NCBI GenBank assembly: GCA_040954595.2
Contig: CM082582.2
Coordinates: 8,390,425 to 8,454,424 of the forward strand
Length of the DNA: 64,000 nucleotides
DNA from: Balanoglossus misakiensis
Taxonomy: Eukaryota > Animalia > Hemichordata
Reading direction: 5' to 3'
Positions 13,587-25,872 of this stretch are shown here, piece by piece; the first letter of the stretch is position 1; every line of letters starts with the position of its first letter. The position numbers were made by a program, and so were the translations under genes. The notes under the pieces are model-generated. The model was given only the letters and a program-made list of their open reading frames with translations, did no database searches and had not been told where the DNA came from.

Positions 13587-14731
13587 TTAAATCACAGGCT
13601 GGGCGAGAAAAAGAAAATGAGATTGTAGACACACACATCAACAGAGTCAATGTTCTTACTTGCGTGTTGATTGGCAGTTGCTACACTCTGAAACCGCAAA
13701 TTTCTCTACAGTTGATTCAGAAACACACAAACTCAGAAGTTCTATACACTGAAAACTTTATTATTTTTCACTTTTGTCTTGATTAAATTAAACTACACAG
13801 CAAAGACTGGAAAGTTTTGCTAGATTTTATTTTATAATCAGAGAGCAGGGCCTGGTGAAAGTTGGACATTAAATTAAAAGTGCTTTGTGCAGCACTTTGT
13901 GTTTTATTCAAAATTATGTACAGCAGAGTCATTACTTGCATTACTACACATCTGATGCTACAAAAAAGCAGATGACACCATTGTTTGCATGTGTGATAAT
14001 TAAAAAAAAAAAATTGTGAGAGCAAGTTGGATGTCAGGTGACAGCAAACCACCCCTGTCTGATGAGTGCCCGTTTATGATGCTTGACGCTTACAAGAAAC
14101 AAAAGTCCATGTATAAAGTCTTTAAATATACAAGGCATAAATTATATATATTACAATAACCAGGCAATCACAATGCTCACATCAAAGTTAAACCTTACTA
14201 AACGTGACAGATAACCTTATCTATCTAAGCATGTCACTGACACTGTGGGAGAGCAACAGTCTGGTATATTTATGCCACGCTTTGCAGCTGGGTTTTAAAA
14301 ATTGATAAATAACATGTTTTTAGCAAAATTCACACAAAACAATAATCCATTGCACTGGTTGGTCTTTTTGCATACAAACAACAACTTATATACCCTGCAT
14401 CAGTTTGATATGTTAAATGCCGGTGGGGTGTCTAGATTTGCATGGAATTGATGTCTTATATACATGTATATCAGGTGCACATGATTTCGCGTAACTGTAT
14501 TAATCTAAGCACAGAAATGACGTCATACTTTTATACATACATTTACCCACTAGATGGAAAAGAAAACGTTTTTTTGCAACATAATATAAAAATATAATTA
14601 CACAGTTTACAAGGTCTCTATGGAGTTGTTTAATAAGGTCTATACAGAGTTGTTTTATAAAGAGCGACTTTTCTCCCGACCAGTTTCTCATTTATTATGT
14701 TTTCTGGTGCCTTCTCTTTGTTGGGTGGATC

Positions 14732-15769
14732 TCACGTGTGTTCAAATCGTAGATATTCTTTCAGTTTAGTTGGTAATGGTAGCCTACAAACCGCCTCTTC
14801 TGATACAAGCTCTCGGATAATGTCTCGGCAGCATTCTTGGAGAGTTGTCACTGTTCAAAGGAAAGAAGGGAGTGAAAACATTACTAGGTGTTTGCATTCA
14901 AATGTGAGTACATGTATTTACATATTAATTGTACCATTTCATAGGTTGAGTGGTAATGACAGAATCATAGTCAGAATTTTGTTGATGTTACATGTAGTTG
15001 CGCACATGAAAAGATTGGTGGGGAGAAGCAAAGTGTTTTTGTTGAAATACCTACCAAGATCAAGCTGTATGATCTTAACTTGTTTTGTTGTACCGTACAC
15101 GTCGATCATGGCATAAAACGGCTGGTCCAAATCAGCTTGGTCCATTATGGCACCCCCTTGATCTTCTCCATTGATGATGAAATGCATCTCCACGGCGCCG
15201 TCCACAATTTCGTAGGTAATTCCAATTCTGCTGCCAACACAGGTTGCTATCAACTCGCCCCCTTCTTTGTCCCTTCCAACAAGTTTGTGCTTGGGTAACT
15301 GCGCCCCTCCGCACCTGATATAGTTTCCGAGTCCCTCAATGAAGGGTTTGTGTGAAGAGGATGCTGAGGAGTTATCCCTGCCTTCGCTCACCACAGACGG
15401 GACTCGGTTGTGGTATTTTGTGATGGCGAATATCCATGATTTCCCCATGTTGGCCAGATCTGGCATGGAATATTGGGGTATCCTCAACAGATTGGTGTTA
15501 AAGAGGGGATCCCTGTTCTGGGTCATGTGATTGGGGTGGTGTTGCGTCAACCCGCATCGCAGATGGCCGCTCCATCCTTTCTCCTGATCTTCGATCTCGA
15601 TAAGGAACACCTCCCCCTGTTTTAAGGGCTTTTCACTGAACGTGATAGCGTTCGCAAAACTGGTCGTTCTCTTTGCCACAACCCCGCCTTCTTGAAGTTC
15701 AATGTTGATACCATGGACTTCATGAAACCGTCGGACTGGCATAGTACTCGGTTGAAATAAGGCTTTCAT
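14732..15769 (-). CDS. NEURL2: Neuralized-like protein 2 (NHR domain + SOCS box; E3 ligase substrate receptor), about 277 aa
   Basis: join(complement 15055..15769, 14732..14850). The first coding exon encodes RFHEVHGINI...SFANAITFSEKPL...GWSGHLRCGLT...GSRIG...MHFIINGEDQG...YAMIDVYGTTKQV (NHR). Donor G|GTAGGT, acceptor cctttgaacAG. The last exon gives VTTLQECCRDIIRELV...RLPLPTKLKEYL (SOCS box) and TGA at 14732-14734. The true start could be the second Met at 15742. Confidence 0.9.
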
Positions 15770-15959
15770 GACCTTGTTTGACCGGAAAATGTTTTGTGAT
15801 GTGCGACTGTCGGCACAACGGAACACCGTTTACTGGGCAAACAGTTATATTTGCGTGCTCATAATTGCATTTCATGTGAACATTTGATAATCTCGGTATT
15901 ATTATGTTACTAAACTCCCGGACAAGACCCGCACCTATCAAAAAATCCACATGATTTTA

Positions 15960-16294
15960 CGATACCTGAAGATTCCGCAACTCACTCGCAGGACTGCGCC
16001 ATGTTGGGTATGACTATTTGTGAGAAGGGTGCCCGTGGTACGGATTTCAAGTGCAGGAAAAGTTAAGGGCCGAGTATACGAGATGTAAAACACTTATGTG
16101 TGCAATTTATAAGGATTCACCTGGCTACATACTTTGCGATAAATATGTTCCCACATTTGTACAATTTACACATCCCATAAGATGGTCCGCAACCCCCTTA
16201 TTGAATGGTTGAACCATTTCCCCTCCTGGAACAGTGTATTCTGGGAAACAGACACGGAAGATGCAATCAACGTGAGCGATCGTCAACAGAAGTC
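15960..16294. promoter_or_regulatory. Bidirectional promoter shared by NEURL2-like (-) and SEH1L (+)
   Basis: Start codons about 525 bp apart, head to head. ZNF143/Staf-like TTTCCCAGAATACAC (minus, 16234-16248), ETS-like CGGAAG at about 16255 and YY1-like AACATGGCG (minus, about 15997-16005). Confidence 0.6.
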
Positions 16295-19200
16295 ATGTTT
16301 GTTGCCAAGAGTATCTCAGCAGAACACAAAGATCTGATCCATGATGTTGCCTACGATTTTCACGGACGACGAATGGCAACATGCTCCAGCGATCAAAGTG
16401 TGCAGGTACAAAAAATATCAGAATAATCAATCACAATGACCAGGAAGTCATAGTTGACCCACGTTGTTGTCAATGTCAACTCCCCATCCTTGGGTTTTGG
16501 TGGGGGGATTTTGAAATCAGTCTTATGGAATTTGCCAAATACTCCACCCCTGGGCTATAAATTTTTGTGGGCAATCTTTCTGCCGACGTGAAACACTAAA
16601 TGAGGCCATTGCCCTACCCCTTGTGCTCATTTTGTAAGGTACATGTACATGAAGATCACAGACCCTCAAATCAACACCCCCCCACTGCACTGATACAATG
16701 ACAACTGTAAGATACTAGTATCTTACAGTTGCATCAGTGGGGTTGTTGATTTGAGGGCCTGTGAGGTGGATGCTCATAAAGAGAACTGTGACCTTGATGG
16801 GTTGGTTGACTGGATCGCAGTGATGGCCTCACAGCGCGATCAAGCCACCAAGGCTACAACTATTGCAGCTATGTAGCCCAGATAGTATGTGGGCAGTATT
16901 ATGACTGCGCCAAATCCCAAATCACTCTTGGGCTATACTGTACTGCAGCAGATGGTCAGGTGGTTGTGTATATACTTTTTGTTGCCTGAATAATACACGT
17001 ACATAGTAAAAATTTGTGACTGAAACAGGTGTGGGATCTGAGAGAAGACGGCGAATGGAATTGTACAGGCAACTGGAGGGTAAGTTGTACATTTTTTTTC
17101 TGTGAATTAATACTTGTCTTGTATTGTCTCACAAAAGAAAGTGTACTTCTGATTGCTTTAAAGCAGGGTTACAGTGTTTGATCACAGACAGTAGATGTTT
17201 GATCATGTCTGATAAATTCCTTCCATTTCAACCTTTCAGACACACAGTGGTTCGGTCTGGAGAGTGACATGGGCACACCCAGAGTTTGGCCAGGTCTTGG
17301 CGACATGTTCCTTCGACAGGACGGCTGCAGTGTGGGAAGAAGTAGGCAAGTCAGATCCTGATCTTCAGTCTCCGCAAGTGCGACAGAATGTTGAAACTTG
17401 AGTGATGCAAAAATGTCTTTATAGGCCAAAAATTTCATTTCCATTTTCAAGAGTTGTGTTTTAGATACTCTAAGATAATTTCTGTATATAGTAGATCTCA
17501 GGTTGCTTGGAGAGTTTTGTGGTGGTGGTTCATTGAATCACTATCATAAATTTACATGTATCTTTTTGTACAGTTGGCGAAGCACACCCAAATCAAAGAG
17601 GACAGAGTCACTGGGTAAGTCATCACTATTCTGAATTTTATGGATTTATCCCTTTCACACTGTTTGCAAGAACCTCCATTTGATACATGGAACAACAATA
17701 ATGCAAAAATACAGCTACTGTCTCTGTGAACTGTAACATGATTCTCATGTAAAAGCATCTCATCTTTCCCCTTCCGCACACTTAGAGACTGCCACTTGAG
17801 TTGAACACGGCAACTGGAAATTCAATACTGATATTCAACATTTCCAGTCGTAAATAAAGTATGAGTGCCAGTGTACGTGTAGTTTCACATGTTTCCGACA
17901 TCCTGTACTAATCACATTCAGCTCTTGCCTGGATTCAGTATTCCTTAAAACAAGCAGTTGACTATCATTGTGTTTTTGGGAGGAGACCTTCTCTCCCCAT
18001 GGCCACAGTTTGGCACGTCAGATTTGTTTTTATTGGCATGTTCGAAACTCCAAACAGGAAGATGGGTCAAATGCAGTCATATTATATTTTAGTAGACTAT
18101 GGTGTCTTTTTTTCGGTTCGTTCGCAGGTGAAACGTTCCACTCTAGTAGACAGTAGGACTTCAGTAACAGACGTCAAATTTGCACCCAAACATCTAGGCC
18201 TACTCTTAGCCACATGTTCTGCTGACGGCATCATCAGGATCTACGAAGCCCCCGATGTGATGAACCTCAGTCAGTGGACATTACAGGTGCAGATATCGTG
18301 AAACTTCACTCGGCTTGTGAATTTCCTCTGGGTCATGTCTGTTGATGAGTTGGGGTATTTCTGAAAATGATTATATGAGCCTTTCATTTGAAACTGAAAG
18401 AAGTGTAGTGTGAGATCATATCCTTAAGACATTCACTCAGCTACACGTAGCATGATCTCTCATGGTGCGTTTGTTTTGATGATGTCATGTTCTCATGTTG
18501 GCAAGAAGTCAAACCAATTTTGTTTTTCCTCTCTCTCTCTCTCTTTCTCGAAACAGCATGAAATTTCCTGCAAAATGAACTGTAGTTGCATCTCATGGAA
18601 TCCTTCGAGGTAAGGGCAGATCAGTTCAGTGTTCGAAAGCTAACTGACAAAACAATTTATCCCCCAAATCAGACATTTATGTAGTCTATGAAAGATAATG
18701 CATATGAAAGAAGACCAGAGCTATGTTTATTAATAGCTGGCATGGTGGTGGAAAAGGACGCGAAAAGCAATTAACCTGATTTCTGGTATCAAGCGCAAAT
18801 TGTAAACAAAACAGTTTGTCCCCCACAAAACCCACCAGCTGATTTTGGTTGTTCGCTGTATTTTGGGAACAAAACAAACATCATCAAAGTGAGTAATTAT
18901 TGTGAATAAAAATAGAAGTAATTTATCCAGCGTACAAAGCAACTGTGACTCATCTGCTATATTTAGATAGAGCGCCCCCGTGAGATGATAGTTGATATTT
19001 TCGTGGCACTTGTTTATTCCTGAAGATGATCCGATAACATTAGACTTGCATTATTACTAACATGGTGAGAATTTTTTGAAACACTCTTTACATTGAGACA
19101 AATGGACAACCTATCAATGATGGGTGGTGCTTAATTGAAGGTTTAGTGGGTAATACCTGTCAACACGCCCTTCAAACTAGCACAACAGATGCAAGAATTC

Positions 19201-22061
19201 TGCAACCTATACTCAGAAAAGACCTTGACGTTGATCCAAGTTTCCATGCCAATTTTGTTTTACTTTTATACTGATTTTTTTCCTGACAGAGTTCACCCAC
19301 CCATGGTAGCCGTTGGAAGTGACGATCCTAGCACCACTGGTGGAGGCAAAGTGCAAATCCACGAATATCACGACAGCAGCAGGTACGCCACTGAGTTGCT
19401 TTAGATTTGCACACCAATATTAACCCTTTCGCCACCATGGTTCAGTCCAAACCTATTGTTAACTGTGGTAATAGGTTGGACCTGTAAAAGGGGGAATCGG
19501 GGTGAAAGGGTTAAAGAAAATGGTCAATGACCAGAAGATGCCCTCATATAACATAACATATAGTGTAGTTGTTTTTCACTTGTAGAAAGTAGACATGAGG
19601 TGTCATGAACCTTTTTTCAACCATTATCTGAACCTGTCAAATACTTCACTTGATTCTTGCGTCAAGCAGCCATACAATGGCAAATTTCTAAAACTTTGCT
19701 GTCTTCCTTGTAGTATATTTACTGGGACAGTCTGACCTAAAATAGCGCCCTCAAACATCTCCAATTTATGCTACTGGTGTCCCTAGATTTCTGTCCATTG
19801 ACCTGTACTGGGTATATAGTATTGGAATCATTTGGTAGAAATTCCACTTTTCCAGGTTTTGCTTACAAGAGTTTCAAAATTCAGGACAGAAATGTCATAA
19901 GAACTGCCAACATAAGCAATAATCATGATCATTTTTGCTCAAACTCAACAGAGTTACATTAAAATAAAACATTGTCCCTGGTTAAAAATATGCTGAAAAG
20001 TGTAAAATTTGGCTGAAATCACCACTTCTATTACATCAGCCCTGTCAGAGACCCTGATGAAATCAACATTTTTTTTTCCAATCCAGGAAGTGGAATAAGG
20101 TTGAAACGTTGATGACGGTGACAGAGGCCGTACATGACGTGGCGTTCGCACCCAACTTGGGAAGGTCCTACCATCTGCTGGCGGTCGCATCCAAAGATGT
20201 TCACATCATCATGTTGAAACCCCTCAGGTAGGTTTCAGTAATTTCAACAGGAATTGTGGTTGGGGGAAAATATCTGTCCGTGCTCGAAAAGCATTTAATT
20301 AATTATGTCTTGTGGGACTCTGTTCAATGTTGCCTTTGAGTTTGTTTTTAAAATTTGTTTGTTGATGTTGTTTTTGTTTTTATCTGTTTGTATACCAGGA
20401 GAGACCAGAGTAGTATTGGAATCCAGAGTGGAACAACCAGATTTGAGATCAGGCAACCTGCACTTTTTGACCAACACAGTTCACAGGTAATGTGGCCAGT
20501 CAGCCATTGTTGACACAGACGGACTTGTGTGCATGTGTTTGTATGCGCGTGTGTGTGCATAGTTATAGTGTGTTGTTTGAACTTCAGTGAAAATTACTTC
20601 ATAGGATGAAAAATTGACTAATCACAGAAGTATTGATAGGTTAAATGAGGATGGGTATGTGACTTCTGGGGAACTACTATCTTTAGGGGGATTAACTGTA
20701 GATCTGATATTTTCATCCTTGTACAATTATCAAGCGTTGCACTGACTTGAGCTATGTTTCTTGCAACAACACAGGTATGGCGTGTAAACTGGAATGTCAC
20801 CGGCACTGTCTTGGCGTCGTCTGGAGACGACGGATGCGTCAGACTCTGGAAGGGTGAGTAATGCCAATCTTTGCCTCTGTGCCAAGTGCAGTATGTGTTA
20901 CATGCTTTTGGACCTGTTGTAGCACGGTGAAAACTTTTTGACCCAGTTTTTATACAAGTCCCACTATTCTTGCAATGGGCTCTGAAAAGACACATTATTA
21001 GTGTACATTGTACATGTATGTAGTAAACTTCTCGCCACGAGCCAGCCAAAAAAAAATTGCAGATCTTAATACCGGTGTAAACTAGTTGTAGCATGTACTA
21101 TAGGAATTGCTGGTGTCCTTGTTTTGCACCAGACAGGTAATTCGCCCCAGTCTGTGACAATTCCAGGAAATAGTCAAATTGCTCTGTTTGTTTATGGTTC
21201 CTGTGTGTATACCTGAGGGATTCTGCGAACCATTACTTCTTATGTAATGTTTTATTACTTTTGCTTTGGTTGGGAAAGTCGTGCAAAACAGGAAGAATAG
21301 TTTTTTTAATGACGCAGAGACAGACAAGTTTCGGGGTACAGACATGTCATTATTGACGTAAAAAAATGAGTGTCTGTATCATATGTGTAATATTAGGAGG
21401 GAAAATGTAATTGTTTGCGTTTTCAGCAGATTATAGCTTTCTTAGCAAAGAGATACAGTAAACATTTGAATCAAAAACACCGCCAAATTAATGATATGAT
21501 ATTTCAGCATCACGCAGCACCTATTTCTTGCCAACGGGTTTCACAAATATCAACTGTCGGTCTCATATTTTTTGTAAACTGCAATCTCCAGGAAATCATT
21601 CAGTTGGTTAATACCAGATCCTGTAGTGTCCCTACTATTAATCATTACATCAATTTTCTGTTGTGCGGTAGGGTTGGCCTACATTATGTTGAAAATGAGA
21701 GTTGTCTTACTGTCAGCAAAGCCTGGCCACATTTCTCTTCATCTGGGACAAATGCACGATGGAAAAATTCAAAAATGAAAAAAAAAACGAATTTTCCATT
21801 TTGTCATTAAATTAAACTCGAAAACACTTCACTGGCTATTTATTTGCCCTTCTCACAGCAAACTACTTGGACAACTGGAAGTGCATTGGCGTACTGAAAG
21901 CAGACGGCACACAGGCACCCACACACATGGTCAGCGGCAAGTCACAGTCGGTGCACGTGATGGCCAGTTCGGCGTCCGCCGGCGCCTCTCAAGCTCCGAC
22001 CAGTGCAAGGTATTTGAAACTTGGAAATGTCAATCATCCGAGCGAAGTTGTTTGGCACTAA
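16295..22061 (+). CDS. SEH1L: Nucleoporin SEH1 (WD40; Nup107-160 complex and GATOR2 subunit), 11 coding exons, 374 aa
   Basis: join(16295..16405,17029..17079,17240..17345,17574..17614,18128..18286,18557..18609,19290..19382,20087..20227,20399..20486,20775..20853,21859..22061) = 1125 nt with consistent phases. Translation [36 protein letters not shown]...[21 protein letters not shown]...[25 protein letters not shown]...[35 protein letters not shown] matches metazoan SEH1 closely. Intron 3 is GC-AG. Confidence 0.96.
16656..16764. repeat. Long foldback hairpin in SEH1L intron 1
   Basis: Perfect 30-bp palindrome CAACTGTAAGATACTAGTATCTTACAGTTG (16702-16731) inside 21-bp outer arms with one mismatch. 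Confidence 0.85.
19424..19510. mobile_element. piggyBac-like MITE, copy 2 (87 bp) in SEH1L intron 7
   Basis: TTAA-CCCTTTCGCC...GGTGAAAGGG-TTAA with internal hairpin GTCCAAACCTATT/AATAGGTTGGAC. Confidence 0.8.
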
Positions 22062-25000
22062 CACTTTTCAGGCCCCGCTCAGCGGTCAGAAGTCGAGAAT
22101 ACTTGAGAGATGGGGCAGGTTTGGTAGGAGATTGCTTTGTTGCTTGATGAGGTCTTTCCATTTGCACATTTCCATGCGCAGTGTACACAAGGCATGTTAA
22201 GGAAGCATTTGCATGAGGTTGCGGGGAATGTAAGTGTGCAGCAAAGATGAACATTATGTTTGCACCTGTCTTCTGTAATTGGACATAAATATTTTTCCCA
22301 ATAGAAAGTGCATCTACAAAGTTTAGTTTTGTTTCCTTCAGAACTTTTACCTCTCTGTCATGTATACTTTTCAGTTTAATTCCAAACTTTCACTTCGTTT
22401 CAGTTAAATTTAGATTTCTGCATGTTCCATAATCTTGTCACTGCCTTCATGTTATTTTTTTGGAAAAATTAGCTGCTGCTGATTTTCGACAAGTTTGGCT
22501 GAAAAACAAATTATCGTACAAATTGGGCCTGCTACGTTTCTTTAGGTAGTTTCAAATGTGTCATTTAAAATAATATAATAAAGTTGTCAGTGACAAAACA
22601 TACAAGTTTGTGTATGTTTACAGCTGTTATTGAGCCTTGCTTACAGGCAGCCAATCAGGTATAGTGTTTGACATCATCATTGAGCACCAATCAGATGACC
22701 AGTTACATCTGACAAAACAGGAAGAATAATTATCATAATGTCATATGTTTTTTTGAAACAATGCAAGAAACAAACAATGCAACATGTACCAAGTAGCGGC
22801 TCAAAATTGGTTTTCTGGACAACATTTTTCTTCTCACAGGCACATGTCCATACATGCAGTATCATGAGTTTGCAAGACAAGGGATAAGCCCTGCTTCTCA
22901 ACAGTTTTTGATTCAGAAACAATTATGATGTCACTAGCATCTTTTGCAGGAATTTCAGACAGTATAAAAGGATTGTTTTGATATATGCTGTTTAAAATGC
23001 CTGAGAAAAGTTAGCCAACAATTTGTGTTTGACTTCTGTGGTCTTGGATGTCTGCCATGCAATGTCTTATAAATATGTAACGCTTGAATGATTTCATTAA
23101 AAGGAATGTTTTGATTACAACTTTATGAATGTTGGCCTTCACAATGTATGTCCTTCTTCAGCACAAAGTGTCACCCTTCCACTCCCCGTTTCTATGCACA
23201 TGGTATAGTCCAGTCTGTAGAGAAACAGCACATTTCATTTGCATTATGGTGATAACTGTGTGAAAATTCAAAGAGGTGAACACATTAGGTGATCCTATGC
23301 CAACCGGGCATAGGATCATGACATCGCTGACCCTCACTGGATAATTAATTTCACCCTGTTACACTCTGCTCAACCGCTGCATATGAGATTTCTCCAGATG
23401 AGAGGGGTCTGGTCATTTTCAGACTTGGCAGATCATTCACTGCTGTGACCATTAAAACTTCAAATGTCCAATTCAACATCAGAAACAGTGGGAGTTGGCC
23501 AAACTATGGTAGTAAAAGAACTACGTTGTGTTTTAGCCTGTTAAAATAACACTGCACCATTATAATGTTGTCTTGGAGAAAGATGGGTGAATGTACTTGA
23601 AAGCAGTGACCTGCATTATTTTTTATGCCCTACCCTCTGTGCAAGTCAAAGTATTGCCTCTTCCTGTTTTGGAAGACATTCTCTAAATTGTATTGCTCTC
23701 GGAGGAATCTTCACTGACCACAAGGTGTTCATGATAATATTAATTCATATTCGTCAATTGATGGAAAATGATGGACAGTTCTCTTAAAAATGATCACATC
23801 AATAAATGTTGGTGGGACCTTAACCCCTCAGGAATAATTGTTGTTTGCCTGCCATTTTGATTGATAGGGTCGTTCACCAACATGGATGACAATAAAATAG
23901 TTTGCGCACATTTTGCGCACATTTTGCTTTTTTAACTTTTTTAGTTGAAATGTTGATTTTCTGTCAATCAGAATGTTTTCCTTTGGAAACAAGCCTATCC
24001 AACAGCATAGTCTAGACTATTACACGATATTTGATGTTTAGCGAATCCCTTTTTGCTTTGATTGTGTTGTCGTTGAGTTTAGATGGTGCGCTACCACCAA
24101 GGTCCTGTCCAACAGATCACTTTGCTCGTCCTATTCAGTTGCCATGACGCTGTGTTGAAAAATGAAAGTGGTGATTTTCGAGAAAAGACAGTGGACACTT
24201 TTCTTCCTGCTCACACACTTTTAAATAGCAAAGAGATGAAAAGTTTGAAGGACTATCATTTTCCCAGAAAACCCCCAGAGGTTCTACCCCCACACAATGA
24301 AATGTTCTCAGAAAACCAAGAAGACTTGCTTTAGGGCATTCAGGTTTTTGCCGATGTTTTTTCTGAAAGTGCAGAACAGTTTTCACTAACCCCAATGGCA
24401 GAATGCAATCATACTTTTCGTGATATGTTGCCAAACGATTAATATTCAGTTAATTTACTGTACAAAATGTACTAGTTTTCTTTCAAGATTTGTGTCTTTT
24501 GTCCAGAAAGTTTGACTCCACACCCTGTGAATATTTCAATCCCTGCTGTCATTTTAAAATTTTTAGAAACATTTCTTGCACTCTTTGCTAACCTAGTTTT
24601 CTTCTTTATAGTAATGATTGTGTAACATTGATAGAACAGCTAGTAACACAGACTTCCTTTTTTCTTTCTCACTTACTTACAGAGTACGATTTACAGTGTC
24701 TCCTGTCAGTGACATACGAGTGGACCAAAACTACAACGCATTCTCCTAAACATTTAAGGATCAATCGTATTGCAATAGTTGACAAATTTTCAAATTTAAA
24801 ATCTACCCTTGAATTTCAAATCTAATGTAACTCCAGTCTTTAATTTCTTTGGAACTTTTTATGCTACTGAAATAATGTGAATCCAGTATTTTACTCTTTT
24901 GGGAAAGATTTTTTATCCCACCGAGATATACAGTATAGCTCAATTTAAGAGACATATTTTTTTGTACAATTAATGTTTGGCAAGATCATTTTTGTTGGAA

Positions 25001-25866
25001 TATCATTTGTATGTGTGCTAAGTGAAGCAGCTGATTAGGGAAGGTCAAAGGTTAACTAATATTTCACAGCATGTCTTGAAAGGTAGAAAAATGACATGAA
25101 GATGGTTGAAAAGTAAGAATTCAAAGCAAGTTTTAATAGGGATTATATTACTGTCTAAAAACTATTTTGCAGTAGAGTTAGGGGTACCCTTATGCAAATG
25201 TTTTCATCCATTGGTTATGCAGTCAACCCCCTAGGTTAGTCAAGAATAGCAATTGTCTTGGTTTTAGGAGTTGTACCACATTCATTCTTCATTATCTCAA
25301 TTCAATTGTGTATCTACTCGATGGCAGCTAAGACACTTTCATTGATTTGCGTTTTACGAGAGTGAATGAAAAACAGGAAGATCTGATCTCATGAAAGTGA
25401 TAATTTTCTTGATCCCGGAGCGCCGGGTACTGTAAAATGAAAAAGTCAATGACATGGGAATTTTGTCTTCAGGAAGCATGTTACCCTGTCAGTTTTTCTT
25501 CAAGAACACGATGATAGTTTTTTGAGAATTTTGTTTGTGTTTGTTTTATCATATACCCACCTCTGTTGTATTTCAAACATATCCATGTGGCCAGGTAACA
25601 TGATGATGATGTGACCATTACATACTGCCCTCTAGAGTCCGAAATTGACATAGTAGGAGTGGCAACATGCTGGTATTCCTAGAATTTAATTTGTGGCCAC
25701 TTCAAACAATGTTGGATGTTTTGTGTCATTTACCCGGAAAATCTTTCAATTGAGACGGCCTTTTATTGCACAGTAGGTTTTATACATATTGCTATTTTCT
25801 ATTTTATGCACAGTTTATGTACTAACCATATGTGTACTGATGGGTCAGCATAACATATATATCAGA

Positions 25867-25872
25867 AATAAA
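25867..25872 (+). terminator. Candidate distal polyadenylation signal of SEH1L
   Basis: AATAAA preceded by TGTA elements and followed about 15 nt later by GTGTTTTTTT. More proximal AATAAA sites also occur (about 22576, 23801, 23891). Confidence 0.4.

Noticed and set aside
14939-15054. C-terminal RYFNKNTLL... part of the 295-aa ORF
   Set aside because: Intron read-through past the donor at 15054; the real C-terminus is the SOCS-box exon at 14732-14850.
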